From contig JBEDUR010000133.1 of assembly GCA_040414865.1 (NCBI GenBank), positions 1,104-65,103 of the forward strand: a stretch of DNA of 64,000 nt. The letters run 5' to 3'. This stretch comes from Acidimicrobiales bacterium. GTDB lineage: Bacteria; Actinomycetota; Acidimicrobiia; Acidimicrobiales; RAAP-2. Within the stretch, counting starts at the first letter, position 1. Every line of letters begins with the position of its first letter. The position numbers and the translations under genes were made by a program. The notes under the pieces were generated by a model, which was not told where the DNA came from, searched no databases, and worked only from the letters and a program-made list of their open reading frames with translations. Positions 42,214 through 52,606 of this stretch are shown piece by piece.

Positions 42214-43128
42214 GTGGCGCCGAGGGGCGCAGCCCCAGGGGCAGGCGGCCCCGAGGACCCCAAATCTAGGGGAGGCGCCGCCCTGCCCACGGCGCGGTGG
42301 CGCCTGCTCCTCGCCTACGAGGGCGGCGCCTACCGCGGGTTCGCCGCTCAGCCCAGGCAGCCGACGGTCGCCGGCTCGCTGGCCGCGGCGCTCGCCCGCA
42401 CGCTCCGGTTGCCCAGCCCGCCGGCGATCACCTGCGCCGGCCGGACCGACGCCGGCGTCCACGCCCGGGGCCAGGTGGTCCACGTCGACCTCCCGGCCGA
42501 GCTGCCCCCGATCCGGCGCGGCCGGGCTTCGCGACCGATGGCCCCCGACGACCTGCTCGGGGCACTGAACCGCCAGCTGGCGCCGTCGATCGTGGTTCGG
42601 GAGGCGGAGCTCGTGCCCAGTGGCTTCGACGCCCGGCGTTCGGCGCTCGCCCGGCGCTACCGCTACCTAGTGTGGAACGCCCCGGTCCCAGACCCGCTCC
42701 TCGCCCCGACGTCCTGGCACGTTCGAGCGCAACTGGACGTGGGCGTCATGGCGGCCGCCGCCGACGCGTTGGTGGGTGAGCACGACTTCGCCGCCTTCTG
42801 CCGCCGCCCCCCCGGGGGGCGACCGGACGAGCCGATCGTCCGTCGAGTGCGACGGGCCAGTTGGCGCGTGGCGGCAGGCGCCGAGGTCGACGACGCCGCC
42901 GGGACGGGGGACCACCAGGCTGGCCGGCTCCTTCGCTTCGAGATCGAGGCCGACTCGTTCTGCCACCAGATGGTCCGATCGCTCGTGGCCGAGCTGGTCG
43001 AGGTGGGCAAGGGAGGGCCGAGCACGGCCGACGTGGTGGCCGCCCTCGCCTCCGGAGAGCGCACCGGGCTCCCCGCCCCGGCGCCGGCCCAGGGCCTGTG
43101 CCTGGTCGCCGTGGACTACGGGCCGTGA
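42214..43128 (+). CDS. truA: tRNA pseudouridine(38-40) synthase TruA
   Basis: [19 protein letters not shown]...[19 protein letters not shown]...[10 protein letters not shown]. The start is uncertain (N-terminal ~25 aa are low complexity). Confidence 0.88.
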   Translation: MAPRGAAPGAGGPEDPKSRGGAALPTARWRLLLAYEGGAYRGFAAQPRQPTVAGSLAAALARTLRLPSPPAITCAGRTDAGVHARGQVVHVDLPAELPPIRRGRASRPMAPDDLLGALNRQLAPSIVVREAELVPSGFDARRSALARRYRYLVWNAPVPDPLLAPTSWHVRAQLDVGVMAAAADALVGEHDFAAFCRRPPGGRPDEPIVRRVRRASWRVAAGAEVDDAAGTGDHQAGRLLRFEIEADSFCHQMVRSLVAELVEVGKGGPSTADVVAALASGERTGLPAPAPAQGLCLVAVDYGP

Positions 43129-43229
43129 GGGCTCCTGGCACCAACTGGTCCGATGGCCTATCCTGGAGCCTCGCTTCTCGCCCCCACGCTGGCTGTATCG
43201 GCCGCCCGGGAAGCCCTGAGGAACTTTCC

Positions 43230-43676
43230 GTGCCCACCTACGTCCCCAAGCCAGCCGAGATTGAGCGCTCATGGCACCTCGTCGACGCCGACGGGTTGGT
43301 CCTCGGGCGGCTGGCCACCGAGGTGGCCAGGATCTTGCGGGGCAAACACCGGCCTTTCTTTGCTCCCCACACCGACACCGGGGACCATGTCGTGGTGGTG
43401 AACGCGGCGAAGGTCGTGCTCACAGCGGACAAAGGGGAGGGCAAGTTCGCCTACCGCCACAGCGGGTATCCGGGCGGGCTGAAGCGCCGCAGCTACAGCT
43501 GGCTCCATGAGAACCGGCCCGAGGAGCTGGTCCGGCGAGCGGTGCGCGGCATGCTGCCCAAGACCACCCTCGGGCGGCAGCAGCTGGGCAAGCTCAAGGT
43601 CTACGCCGGCGCCGATCATCCCCACGGCGCCCAGCGCCCGACACCGCTGGAGATCCCCGGGGCCCGCCGGGCCTGA
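43230..43676 (+). CDS. rplM: 50S ribosomal protein L13
   Basis: GTG 7 nt after GAGGAA giving [40 protein letters not shown]; 148 aa. Confidence 0.94.
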   Translation: MPTYVPKPAEIERSWHLVDADGLVLGRLATEVARILRGKHRPFFAPHTDTGDHVVVVNAAKVVLTADKGEGKFAYRHSGYPGGLKRRSYSWLHENRPEELVRRAVRGMLPKTTLGRQQLGKLKVYAGADHPHGAQRPTPLEIPGARRA

Positions 43677-43702
43677 GGACACCTCAAGGAGAGAAATCGC
43701 CG

Positions 43703-44095
43703 ATGCCAGTCCCGCTCAGCCAGACCACCGGCCGCCGGAAGGAGGCGGTCGCCCGGGTTCGGTTCCGTCCGGGCAGCGGGCAGATCGTGGTCAACCGGCG
43801 GGCCTTCGAGGAGTACTTCACCTCGGCCAGTCACCGCATGGCGGTGACCGACCCCCTTCGGTTGACCAACACCGCTGAGTCCTACGACATCGACGCCACC
43901 ATCGACGGCGGCGGCGTGTCGGGCCAGGCCCGGGCCCTTCGCTTGGGGATTGCCCGGGGGCTGTGCGTGCTCGATCCCGAAAATCGGCCGACGCTGAAGC
44001 GCTCGGGTCTCCTCACGCGCAACGCCCGGGAGAAGGAGTCCAAGAAGTACGGACTGAAAAAGGCGCGCAAGGCACCGCAGTACTCCAAGCGGTAA
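43703..44095 (+). CDS. rpsI: 30S ribosomal protein S9
   Basis: 130 aa. [20 protein letters not shown]...[16 protein letters not shown]...[17 protein letters not shown]. Confidence 0.96.
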   Translation: MPVPLSQTTGRRKEAVARVRFRPGSGQIVVNRRAFEEYFTSASHRMAVTDPLRLTNTAESYDIDATIDGGGVSGQARALRLGIARGLCVLDPENRPTLKRSGLLTRNAREKESKKYGLKKARKAPQYSKR

Positions 44096-44099
44096 GGGC

Positions 44100-45449
44100 G
44101 TGGACCGAGCGCGCTTCGGCACCGATGGTGTGCGGGGAGTCGCCAACGTCGACCTGACGGCCGAGTTCGCTGTGGCCCTCGGCCGGGCGACCGCCCGGGT
44201 TCTCGGTGCACCCGAGTACGTGGTCGGCCGGGACACCCGCCGGTCGGGGCCGCTGCTCCAGAGCGCCTTCTGCGCCGGGCTGGCGGCCGAAGGCGCTTGC
44301 GTAGCCGACGTGGCGGTCCTGCCCACCCCGGCGCTGGCCTGGCTGGCTCGCGACCGGATGGTCCCGGCCGCGGTGATCTCCGCCTCGCACAACCCTTTCG
44401 AGGACAACGGGATCAAGCTGTTCAGCCCGCTTGGCACCAAGCTCCCCATCGACACCGAGCAAGCCATCGAGAAGGAGCTCGACGCCATACTCGACCTCCC
44501 ACCCCGGCCAGGGGCGGGGGTGGGCGACATTGTCAACGACCCCCGGGCGGCCGAGGAGTACCGCCAGGGGGTGACCTCGGCCCTGAAGGGCCGGCGCCTC
44601 GAGGGCCTGCACGTGGTGCTCGATTGCGCCAACGGTGCGGCCAGCGCGGTCGCACCGGCGATCTTCGAGTCGCTCGGGGCGCGGGTGGAGAGCGTCTTCG
44701 ACCACCCTGACGGGACCAACATCAACGATGGGTGTGGCTCCACCCACCCCGAGGCGGTGGCCGAGGCGGTGACCGAGCGGGGTGCGGCACTGGGCCTCGC
44801 CTTCGACGGGGACGCCGACCGTCTGGTGGCCGTCGACCATCAGGGGGTGATCGCCGACGGCGACACACTGCTCGCCCTGTTCGCCATCGACCTGGCCGAC
44901 CAAGGACTGCTTCCCGGGAACTCGGTGGTGGTGACGGTGATGTCCAACCTCGGCCTGCGTCTGGCGATGGCGGAGCGCGACATCAACGTGGTCGAGACGC
45001 CGGTCGGAGACCGGGCGGTGCTCGATGCCCTGGACGCGGGCGGGTTCAATCTCGGCGGCGAGCAGTCCGGCCACATCGTGTTCCGTCACTTGGCGACGAC
45101 CGGGGACGGCATTTTGACCGGGCTGCTCCTGAGCGAACTGGTGATGCGATCGGCGAGCTCCCTGGCGGCCCGCTCGGCCGGCCTCATCGACCGGGTCCCC
45201 CAGGTGCTTCGCAACGTCGTGGTCCTCGAGCCTCCCCACCGGTTGGCCGGGGCGAGCGATGTGTGGCGGACGGTGCAGGAGGTGGAGCTCGCCTTGGGCC
45301 CGACGGGCCGGGTCCTCCTGCGGGCCTCGGGGACCGAGCCCGTGGTCCGGGTGATGGTCGAGACGCCCGACCCGGAGATGGCGGAGTCAGCGGTGGCGCG
45401 GATCTGCGCCGCCGTTGAAGCGGCCCTGGGGCGGCCGGCCGGCTCGTAA
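44100..45449 (+). CDS. glmM: Phosphoglucosamine mutase
   Basis: 449 aa. FGTDGVRGVAN, the active-site SASHNP, GDGDADR-like FDGDADR and GGEQSGH. Confidence 0.95.
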   Translation: MDRARFGTDGVRGVANVDLTAEFAVALGRATARVLGAPEYVVGRDTRRSGPLLQSAFCAGLAAEGACVADVAVLPTPALAWLARDRMVPAAVISASHNPFEDNGIKLFSPLGTKLPIDTEQAIEKELDAILDLPPRPGAGVGDIVNDPRAAEEYRQGVTSALKGRRLEGLHVVLDCANGAASAVAPAIFESLGARVESVFDHPDGTNINDGCGSTHPEAVAEAVTERGAALGLAFDGDADRLVAVDHQGVIADGDTLLALFAIDLADQGLLPGNSVVVTVMSNLGLRLAMAERDINVVETPVGDRAVLDALDAGGFNLGGEQSGHIVFRHLATTGDGILTGLLLSELVMRSASSLAARSAGLIDRVPQVLRNVVVLEPPHRLAGASDVWRTVQEVELALGPTGRVLLRASGTEPVVRVMVETPDPEMAESAVARICAAVEAALGRPAGS

Positions 45450-45521
45450 CGGCGGCAGATCGAGCACCGTCTCTGGTCTGTCACGGTCCGGGGGGTCCGA
45501 TCCCCATTAGCCTCGGATCCC

Positions 45522-47363
45522 ATGTGCGGCATCGTCGGTGCCACCGGCCGCCCGGACGTGGCCGAGCTGGTGGTGGAGGGGTTGGAGCGCCTCGAATACC
45601 GCGGCTACGACTCCGCTGGGATGGTGCTGGCCGGCTCGGGCGAGCTGTGGCGCGTCCGGGCGGCTGATGGCACCCGGTCGGTGGCCGCGCTGCGGGAGAT
45701 GGTCGGGTCGGCTCCGCCGGCTGCGGTCACCGGGGTCGGGCACACCCGGTGGGCCACCCACGGGCACCCCTCGGTCGACAACGCCCATCCGCTCTACGAC
45801 TGCTCGGGCAAGGTCGCCGTCGTGCACAACGGGATCATCGAGAACCACAGTGAGCTCCAGGTCGGCCTGGAGCGGGCCGGCCACGTCATGGTCTCGGCTA
45901 CCGACACCGAGGTCATCGCGCACCTCGTCGAGGAGCAGATGGCCGAGGGCCTGGACCTGACCGAGGCGGTCCGCCGGACCCTCGGCGTCCTCCGGGGCTC
46001 GTTCTCGATCGCGGTCGTCTCGACCGAGGACCCAGAGCTCGTGGTGGCGGCTCGCCGCAACACCCCGCTCGTGCTCGGGCGGAGCGACGGCGCTTCCCTG
46101 CTCGCTTCGGACATTCCGGCCCTGCTCGACCGGGCCGAGCACCTGTTCGTGCTGGCCGACGACCAGCTGGCCGAGCTGCGCCCGGGCGCGATCCGGGTCA
46201 CCACCCTGGCCGGTCGTGAGGTGCACCCGCCGGCGCTCAGCATCGACTGGGATCTCGCCGCCGCCCAGAAGGGCGGCTTCGAGGACTTCATGAGCAAGGA
46301 GATCCGGGAACAGCCACGGGCCGTGGCCGACACCCTCCTCGACCGGCGGGGAGCGGACGGCTCACTCGTCCTCGACGAGGAGCGTCTGACCGACGACGAG
46401 CTGGCCGGCGTCACCCGGGTGTACCTGATCGCGTGCGGCTCGAGCTACCACGCCGCGCTGGTGGCCAAGTTCGCCATCGAGGAGTGGGCCGTCGTTCCGG
46501 CCGAGGTCGACATCGCCAGCGAGTTCCGCTACCGCAACCCGGTGCTCGACCCCAGGGCCCTGGCCATCGGGGTCAGCCAGTCCGGCGAGTCGCTCGACAC
46601 GCTGCTCGCGCTGCGAGAGGCCCGGGCGCGCGGGGCGAAGGTGCTCGGGGTGACCAACGTGGTCGACTCCTCGATCGCCCGGGAAGCCGACGCGGTGCTG
46701 TACACCCGGGCCGGACCCGAGGTCTGCGTGGCCGCAACCAAGACTCTCTTGGCTCAGATCGTGGCGCTGGAGCTGTTCGCGCTGACCCTCGCCCAGGTCC
46801 GCGGCGTCCGCTCGCCGGTCGAGATCGCGGCGAAGGTGGACGCCCTCCAGCGGCTGCCGAGCGGCATCGACGAGGTCATCACGCGGGCCAAGGAGGTCGA
46901 TCAGGTGGCCGAGGCGCTGGCCGAGGCACAGGACTTCTTCTACCTCGGGCGCAATCTGGGGTACCCCGTCGCCCTCGAAGGCGCGCTCAAGCTGAAGGAG
47001 CTGTCCTACCTCCACGCCGAGGGGTATCCGGCGGGCGAGCTCAAGCACGGGCCGATCGCGCTTATCGAGCCGGGGACGGTGGCCGTGGGGGTCGCCACCC
47101 GTAACCCGCTGTGGGAGAAGTTCCGGTCCAACATCGCCGAGGTGAAGAGCCGGGGGGCGACGGTCGTCCTCGTGGCCAACGACGGCGACGAGGCGGCCGC
47201 GGCGCTGGCCGACCACGTGCTGTGGGTGCCCGAGTCCGAGCCCCTCTTGGCTCCGGTGCTCGACATCGTCCCCTTGCAGCTGCTCGCCTACCGACTGGCC
47301 CGGCTTCGCGGGCTGGATGTCGACCGCCCCCGCAACCTGGCCAAGACGGTGACGGTCGAGTGA
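45522..47363 (+). CDS. glmS: Glutamine--fructose-6-phosphate aminotransferase (isomerizing)
   Basis: 613 aa. N-terminal MCGIVGA, SIS domains, C-terminal DVDRPRNLAKTVTVE. Confidence 0.97.
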   Translation: MCGIVGATGRPDVAELVVEGLERLEYRGYDSAGMVLAGSGELWRVRAADGTRSVAALREMVGSAPPAAVTGVGHTRWATHGHPSVDNAHPLYDCSGKVAVVHNGIIENHSELQVGLERAGHVMVSATDTEVIAHLVEEQMAEGLDLTEAVRRTLGVLRGSFSIAVVSTEDPELVVAARRNTPLVLGRSDGASLLASDIPALLDRAEHLFVLADDQLAELRPGAIRVTTLAGREVHPPALSIDWDLAAAQKGGFEDFMSKEIREQPRAVADTLLDRRGADGSLVLDEERLTDDELAGVTRVYLIACGSSYHAALVAKFAIEEWAVVPAEVDIASEFRYRNPVLDPRALAIGVSQSGESLDTLLALREARARGAKVLGVTNVVDSSIAREADAVLYTRAGPEVCVAATKTLLAQIVALELFALTLAQVRGVRSPVEIAAKVDALQRLPSGIDEVITRAKEVDQVAEALAEAQDFFYLGRNLGYPVALEGALKLKELSYLHAEGYPAGELKHGPIALIEPGTVAVGVATRNPLWEKFRSNIAEVKSRGATVVLVANDGDEAAAALADHVLWVPESEPLLAPVLDIVPLQLLAYRLARLRGLDVDRPRNLAKTVTVE

Positions 47364-47779
47364 TCGCGCCCGCGGCGGGCCCGGTGGCCGGGATCGGGAT
47401 CGACGCCGTCGACATCGCCCGGTTCCGGCGGGTGCTCGCCCGGCGGCCAGGCCTGAGAGAACGAGTCTTCACGGTGGCCGAGCGGGCCGAAGCCGATGCC
47501 CGAGCCGACCCGGCCCCCCACCTGGCGGCGCGCTTCGCCGCCAAGGAGGCGGTGATGAAGGCGCTCGGCACGGGTATCGGCGGCTTTGCGCTGAGTCACG
47601 TGGAGGTGGTGCGCGAGCCACGCCGGGACGCTCCGGCCGGCCCGCCGACCGTTCGACTCCTCGAGAAGGCGCTGATCATGGCCGAGGACCACGGCGTGGC
47701 TCGCTGGCACGTCTCGTTGACCCACACCGACGCGCTGGCGGTCGCGGTCGTCCTGGCCGAGGGCGCCGGAGCGGACTGA
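47360..47779 (+). CDS. acpS: Holo-[acyl-carrier-protein] synthase
   Basis: GTGA overlap with the glmS stop. GIGIDAVDIARFRRVL...FAAKEAVMKALGTG...; 139 aa. Confidence 0.85.
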   Translation: MIAPAAGPVAGIGIDAVDIARFRRVLARRPGLRERVFTVAERAEADARADPAPHLAARFAAKEAVMKALGTGIGGFALSHVEVVREPRRDAPAGPPTVRLLEKALIMAEDHGVARWHVSLTHTDALAVAVVLAEGAGAD

Positions 47780-47789
47780 GGTCGACACC

Positions 47790-49175
47790 GTGCGCCCCGT
47801 GCTCACGGTGGCCGAGATGCGGGCGGCTGACGCAGCCGCCTTGTCGTCGGCGACCGAGGCCGAGTTGGTTCGTCGGGCCGGCCGGGCGGTGGCGGCCGAG
47901 GCCCTCGACATGCTGGGTGGCGCCTACGGCCGCCGGGTGGTGGTCGTGGCCGGCAAGGGGAACAACGGCAATGACGGCCGGGTTGCGGCCGGGGTGCTCG
48001 CCCGCCGGGGGACGGTGGTCGAGGTCCTCGACGCCGCCGATTGCCCGGGCCGGATCGATCGGGCCGACCTGGTGGTCGACGCCGCCTACGGGACCGGGTT
48101 CACCGGCACCTATGAGGCCCCCGAGCTCGCCCCGGGGATCCGGGTCCTGGCCGTCGACATCCCCTCGGGCGTCCAGGGCGACACCGGGGTGGTCTCGGGC
48201 CGGGCCCTGGCGGCCGAGCGCACGGTGGCATTGGCCGCGTTGAAGCCGGGGTTGCTCATGGGGGAAGGCCCCGCGCTCGCCGGCGAGCTCACCGTCGCCG
48301 ACATCGGCATCGCGGCCACCGACGTGACGATCGGGCTGGTCGAGGACACCGACCTCGGCGCACTGGCCCCGAGGGACCACGAGGCCCACAAGTGGCAGAG
48401 TGCGCTCGCCGTGGTGGCCGGGTCGCCCGGAATGGAGGGGGCCGCCTTCCTCTGCTCGCGCGGCGCGTCGCGGTCGGGGGCGGGGATGGTCCGCCTCGGG
48501 GTGCCCGGGTCGGGACAAGGTCCCTGGCCGCTCGAGGCGGTCCGGGTGCGACTCGGCGCGGCCGGGTGGGCCGACGAGGTCCTTGAGGTACTCGAGCGGT
48601 GCCAGGCGCTCGTGATCGGGCCGGGGCTTGGTCGAGACGAGCCGACGCTGGTCGCGGTGCGCGAGGTGATCGGACGGGCGGAGGTGCCGGTGGTGGCCGA
48701 CGCCGACGCGCTCTTCGCCCTGGGCGGGGCGGTCGAGGCCAAGGCGGTCATCGGCGGGCGCGACCGGCCGGTCGTGCTCACGCCGCACGACGGCGAGTAC
48801 CACCGACTCATGGGCGAGGTGCCCGGCCCCGACCGGGTCGCCGCCGCCCGCCGGCTGGCCGGTGCGACCGGCGCGGTCGCCCTGGTGAAGGGCTCGCTCA
48901 CCGCCGTCGCCGCTCCGGAGTCGGCTGAGGCGAGGCCCTCGGTGCTGCTCGCGGCGGCCGGCGGCCCGATGCTCGCCACGGCCGGCACCGGCGACGTGTT
49001 GAGCGGGATCATCGGCGCCTTCCTGGCCCGTGGCCTCGACGCGCTCGAGGCAGCGGCGTTTGCCGCCCACGTCCACGGGTCCGCCGCCCACTTCGGGCGC
49101 CGCGAGGGCCTGGTCTCGCCGGACCTGCCCGACCTGGTGTCCGACTGGCTCTCTTCGGGGAAGGGCCGTGGCTGA
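47790..49175 (+). CDS. nnr: Bifunctional NAD(P)H-hydrate repair enzyme (epimerase / ADP-dependent dehydratase)
   Basis: 461 aa. N-terminal YjeF_N (VVVAGKGNNGNDGRV) and a C-terminal carbohydrate-kinase-like domain (LATAGTGDVLSGIIGAFLARG). Confidence 0.9.
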   Translation: MRPVLTVAEMRAADAAALSSATEAELVRRAGRAVAAEALDMLGGAYGRRVVVVAGKGNNGNDGRVAAGVLARRGTVVEVLDAADCPGRIDRADLVVDAAYGTGFTGTYEAPELAPGIRVLAVDIPSGVQGDTGVVSGRALAAERTVALAALKPGLLMGEGPALAGELTVADIGIAATDVTIGLVEDTDLGALAPRDHEAHKWQSALAVVAGSPGMEGAAFLCSRGASRSGAGMVRLGVPGSGQGPWPLEAVRVRLGAAGWADEVLEVLERCQALVIGPGLGRDEPTLVAVREVIGRAEVPVVADADALFALGGAVEAKAVIGGRDRPVVLTPHDGEYHRLMGEVPGPDRVAAARRLAGATGAVALVKGSLTAVAAPESAEARPSVLLAAAGGPMLATAGTGDVLSGIIGAFLARGLDALEAAAFAAHVHGSAAHFGRREGLVSPDLPDLVSDWLSSGKGRG

Positions 49176-50400
49176 GAGCTACGTGCGCCCCACCCGGGCG
49201 GAGATCGACATCGGGGCGTTTGCGGCCAACGTGGCCCTGCTCCGCCAGATCGCGCACCCGGCCGCCGTTTGCGCCGTGATCAAAGCCGACGCGTACGGTC
49301 ACCGGGCCCGGTTGTTGGCCGGTGCCGCCCTGGAAGCCGGCGCGGCCGGCCTGGCCGTCGCCCTTGTCGAAGAGGGTGTCGAGCTGCGCGAGGCCGGGGT
49401 CGCCGGCCCCATCCTCCTGCTCGCCGAGGCGCCGCCCGACGCGGCCGAGGTCGTTTTCGAGCACCGCCTCACGCCGACGCTCTACAGCCGCCCCGGGTTG
49501 GTCGCCCTCGAGCGAGCGGCCGTCAGGGTCGGCCGCAAGGGCGGTGTGCACGTGAAGGTGGACACCGGGATGCACCGGGTCGGCCTGGAGCCCGCCGCGG
49601 TGCTCGACTTCGCCGCCGCGCTGGGCGCGGCGCGGCTCGATCTCGAGGGCTTCTGGACCCACTTGGCCGTGGCCGACGCACCCGGGGCCGAGGACCGCAG
49701 CTTCACCGAGCTCCAGCTCGAGCGCTTCGCCGGGCATTTGCGCGAACTCGAAGCGGTCGGGGTCAGACCATCGGTGCGGCACGCGGCCAACTCTGGTGGA
49801 GCGATCGCCCACCCGCGTGCCCGCCTGGACATGGTCCGTGCCGGGATCGCCCTCTACGGTGAGCTGCCCAACCCGGGGCTCGCCCCCGCCCTCGAGGCCG
49901 CGGCACCGGGTGCTGCGCTGACGCCGGTCCTCTCCTTCGTCTCGCGCGTCGTGGCCGTGCGCCGGCTCGACGCCGGCGAGCGCCCCTCCTACGGCCGTCT
50001 CCGGCCGCTGCCGGTGTCCTCGGACGTCGCCACTGTGCCGGTCGGCTATGCCGACGGCGTCCCCCGCCGGCTGTTCGAGGCCGGCGGCGAGGTCCTGATC
50101 GGCGGGCGGCGCCGGCCGATCGCGGGGGTGGTGACCATGGACCAACTGATGGTCGATTGCGGGCCATCGGGGGACGTCTCGGTCGGTGACGAGGTCGTCC
50201 TGATCGGCGGGCAGGGGGACGAGCGGATCAGCGCTTCGGAGTGGGCCCGTCTGCTGGGCACGATCCCCTACGAGGTGCTGACCGGCATCGGGGCACGGGT
50301 GCCTCGGGTGCCTCGTGGCGGGGGCGCCTCCGCCGTCCCGGCCTCCGGCTGGCGGCGATGGCTCGGGGCGGCCACCGGGCCGGTGCCGTCCCCACCATGA
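49168..50400 (+). CDS. alr: Alanine racemase
   Basis: GTG giving VAESYVRPTRAEIDIGAFAANV...AVIKADAYGH (PLP lysine motif)...YGR. Overlaps the nnr stop. 410 aa with a short Pro/Gly-rich tail. Confidence 0.9.
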   Translation: MAESYVRPTRAEIDIGAFAANVALLRQIAHPAAVCAVIKADAYGHRARLLAGAALEAGAAGLAVALVEEGVELREAGVAGPILLLAEAPPDAAEVVFEHRLTPTLYSRPGLVALERAAVRVGRKGGVHVKVDTGMHRVGLEPAAVLDFAAALGAARLDLEGFWTHLAVADAPGAEDRSFTELQLERFAGHLRELEAVGVRPSVRHAANSGGAIAHPRARLDMVRAGIALYGELPNPGLAPALEAAAPGAALTPVLSFVSRVVAVRRLDAGERPSYGRLRPLPVSSDVATVPVGYADGVPRRLFEAGGEVLIGGRRRPIAGVVTMDQLMVDCGPSGDVSVGDEVVLIGGQGDERISASEWARLLGTIPYEVLTGIGARVPRVPRGGGASAVPASGWRRWLGAATGPVPSPP

Positions 50401-51401
50401 GGCGCTCGCTGCCGCTGGCCATGCTCAGCCTGGCGGCTGCCGGCGCCGGGGCTGTCGGCGCGTACGTTCTCGAGCGCTCACTCGTCGGGCGATGGCAGGT
50501 CGGCCCCAAGGCGCTGGCCGAGGCCGGCTTGTTGATGCCGGCCGATGTCGAGCACCACTTCGTCACCGCCACCGATGGCGGGCGTCTCCATCTGGTGGAG
50601 ATGGGCAACGGCCCGCCGGTGGTGTTGGTGCACGGCATCACCCTGGGGGTGGGGATCTGGGTGCGCCAGTTCCGGAGCCTGGCCGCCCGCCACCGGGTCC
50701 TCGCGCTCGACCAGCGCGGCCATGGGCAGTCCATCGCCGGGACCGACGGGTACAGCTTCGACCGGCTGGCCGATGATGTGCTCGAGGTGCTGGCCGATCG
50801 GGACGTTGCGCATGCGGTGGTGGTCGGGCACTCGCTCGGCGGCATGGTCATGCAGGTGGCGGCCCTGCGGCGGCCGGCCGAGTTGGCCCGGCGGGTCTCC
50901 GGGCTGGCGCTGGTGGCCACCGACGCCGGCCCGGTCGTCCCTGGCCCGCTCGGGCGCCCGGTGGGGCGGGTCTCGGCCCGGGTCGCGGCGCGCTTCGCCC
51001 GCCTCGCCGGCCACCGGGGCAAGGGCGTCTACCCGGGCTCGGACCTGGCCACCTGGGGGACGAGGTTGTCGTTTGGGGCCCGGCCCCGCCCGGCCGACGT
51101 CGAGCTGGTGCGGTCGATCTCGAGCGCCGCGTCGCCCCGGGCCGTGGCCAAGCTCCTGCCCGAGCTGGTCGCGTTCGATACCCGCAGCAAGCTCGGCCGG
51201 ATCGAGCTGCCGACGCTGATCGTGGTCGGCACCCGGGACCTCCTCACCCCGTCCCGCCGGGCCCGGGCCATGGCCGACTGCATCCCCGGGGCCCGCCTCG
51301 AGCTGCTGGCCGATTGCGGTCACCTAGTGATGCTGGAGCGCGCCGAGGTCCTCAACGGGCTGCTCGAGCGGTTTGCGGCCGAACTCGTCCCCAGCCGTTG
51401 A
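50397..51401 (+). CDS. Alpha/beta hydrolase fold protein with an N-terminal signal/anchor-like segment
   Basis: ATGA overlap with alr. MRRSLPLAMLSLAAAGAGAVGAYV, then VVLVHGITLG...LDQRGHGQS...VVVGHSLGGMV (nucleophile elbow GxSxG). Confidence 0.8.
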   Translation: MRRSLPLAMLSLAAAGAGAVGAYVLERSLVGRWQVGPKALAEAGLLMPADVEHHFVTATDGGRLHLVEMGNGPPVVLVHGITLGVGIWVRQFRSLAARHRVLALDQRGHGQSIAGTDGYSFDRLADDVLEVLADRDVAHAVVVGHSLGGMVMQVAALRRPAELARRVSGLALVATDAGPVVPGPLGRPVGRVSARVAARFARLAGHRGKGVYPGSDLATWGTRLSFGARPRPADVELVRSISSAASPRAVAKLLPELVAFDTRSKLGRIELPTLIVVGTRDLLTPSRRARAMADCIPGARLELLADCGHLVMLERAEVLNGLLERFAAELVPSR

Positions 51402-51452
51402 GCGCTCCGGCGGGGTGAGCGAGGTCGGGGCCCCAGGTACGATCCGGTCTCA

Positions 51453-52076
51453 GTGTCCGACCCGGCCGCGAAGCCGTCCACCGCCTTCGAAGCTCTGCGG
51501 CTCGAGGCCCTGAGCTGCGTCCGCTGTCCGCTGGCGTCGTCGCGGACCCAGGTGGTCTTCGGGGTGGGCGATCCCGAAGCGGACCTCATGTTCGTGGGTG
51601 AGGGACCCGGGCGCGAGGAGGACCTGGCCGGGGAGCCGTTCGTGGGGCGTTCGGGCAAGCTGCTCGACCGCCTGGTGCACGAGGAGCTCGGGCTCGACCG
51701 GAGCCGCATCTACATCGCCAACGTGGTCAAGTGTCGACCGCCCGAGAACCGGGATCCGGCCCCGGCCGAGATCGAGGCCTGCCGCCCGTATCTGGAGGCC
51801 CAGATCGAGCTCATCGACCCGGCGGTGGTGGTGACCCTGGGCAACTTCGCCGCCCGCCTCCTCCTCGGCACCACCGAGGGGATCCGGTCTTTGCGGGGAC
51901 GGCCCTACCCCTACCGCCGGGGACAGCTGGTCCCGACCTATCACCCAGCCTTCGCGCTGCGCTCCGGCGGCCAGGTGGTGGCCGAGATGCGAGCCGACCT
52001 GGTTCGGGCCAAGCGCTTGCTGGCGGCAGCCCCGCCGCGGCGCGCCCGTTCGGTGGCCGAGCTCGAGTCGGGGTGA
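51453..52076 (+). CDS. Family 4 uracil-DNA glycosylase (Fe-S type)
   Basis: 207 aa. CVRCPLASSRTQVVFGVGDPEADLMFVGEGPGREEDLAGEPFVGRSGKLLD...NVVKCRPPENRDP...HPAF. Confidence 0.88.
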   Translation: MSDPAAKPSTAFEALRLEALSCVRCPLASSRTQVVFGVGDPEADLMFVGEGPGREEDLAGEPFVGRSGKLLDRLVHEELGLDRSRIYIANVVKCRPPENRDPAPAEIEACRPYLEAQIELIDPAVVVTLGNFAARLLLGTTEGIRSLRGRPYPYRRGQLVPTYHPAFALRSGGQVVAEMRADLVRAKRLLAAAPPRRARSVAELESG

Positions 52077-52606
52077 GCGAGGCCTGGGCCATCAGCGCCC
52101 AAACCCAGAACGAGGGGTCGACGCGCGCCCTGGCCGGGGCACTCGCGGCCGCCACCCGGCCGGGGGACCTCATCCTCTTGATAGGGGGCCTGGGCGCGGG
52201 GAAGACGACCTTCGCCCAGGGCTTCGCGGCCGCCCTGGGTGTGGAGGGCCCGGTGACCAGCCCGACCTTCGTCTTGGTGCGGCATTACCCCTGCGCCCGC
52301 CCCGGCCCGGTCCGCCTCTTGGTCCACGCCGACCTGTACCGCCTCGACCACCTGGTCGAGGTCGTCGACCTGGCCCTGCCCGAGCTCCTGGCCGAGGGGG
52401 CGGTGGCCCTCGTGGAGTGGGGTGACGCCGGCGCCCCGGTGCTCGGGGAGAGCGCCCTCGAGGTGAGCGTGGCCCCCGGGGCCGACGGCCCCTGCGTCCG
52501 GTCGATCACCCTGGCCGGGCGGGGGCCGGCCTGGGTCGGTCGCCGGGACGAGGTCGAGAGCTCACTCGAACGGTTGGCCCCGCTCTGGAAGCCGGGACAC
52601 CGATGA
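52073..52606 (+). CDS. tsaE: tRNA t6A37 biosynthesis ATPase TsaE
   Basis: GTGA overlap with the UDG stop. LLIGGLGAGKTTFAQGFAAALGV...VTSPTF.LV..Y...HADLYRL. Confidence 0.88.
   Translation: MSEAWAISAQTQNEGSTRALAGALAAATRPGDLILLIGGLGAGKTTFAQGFAAALGVEGPVTSPTFVLVRHYPCARPGPVRLLVHADLYRLDHLVEVVDLALPELLAEGAVALVEWGDAGAPVLGESALEVSVAPGADGPCVRSITLAGRGPAWVGRRDEVESSLERLAPLWKPGHR

Noticed and set aside
45450-45521. Possible glmS ribozyme upstream of glmS
   Set aside because: The spacer is only 72 nt, which is much shorter than the ribozyme. It also lacks its conserved core, and the ribozyme is not expected in Actinobacteria.
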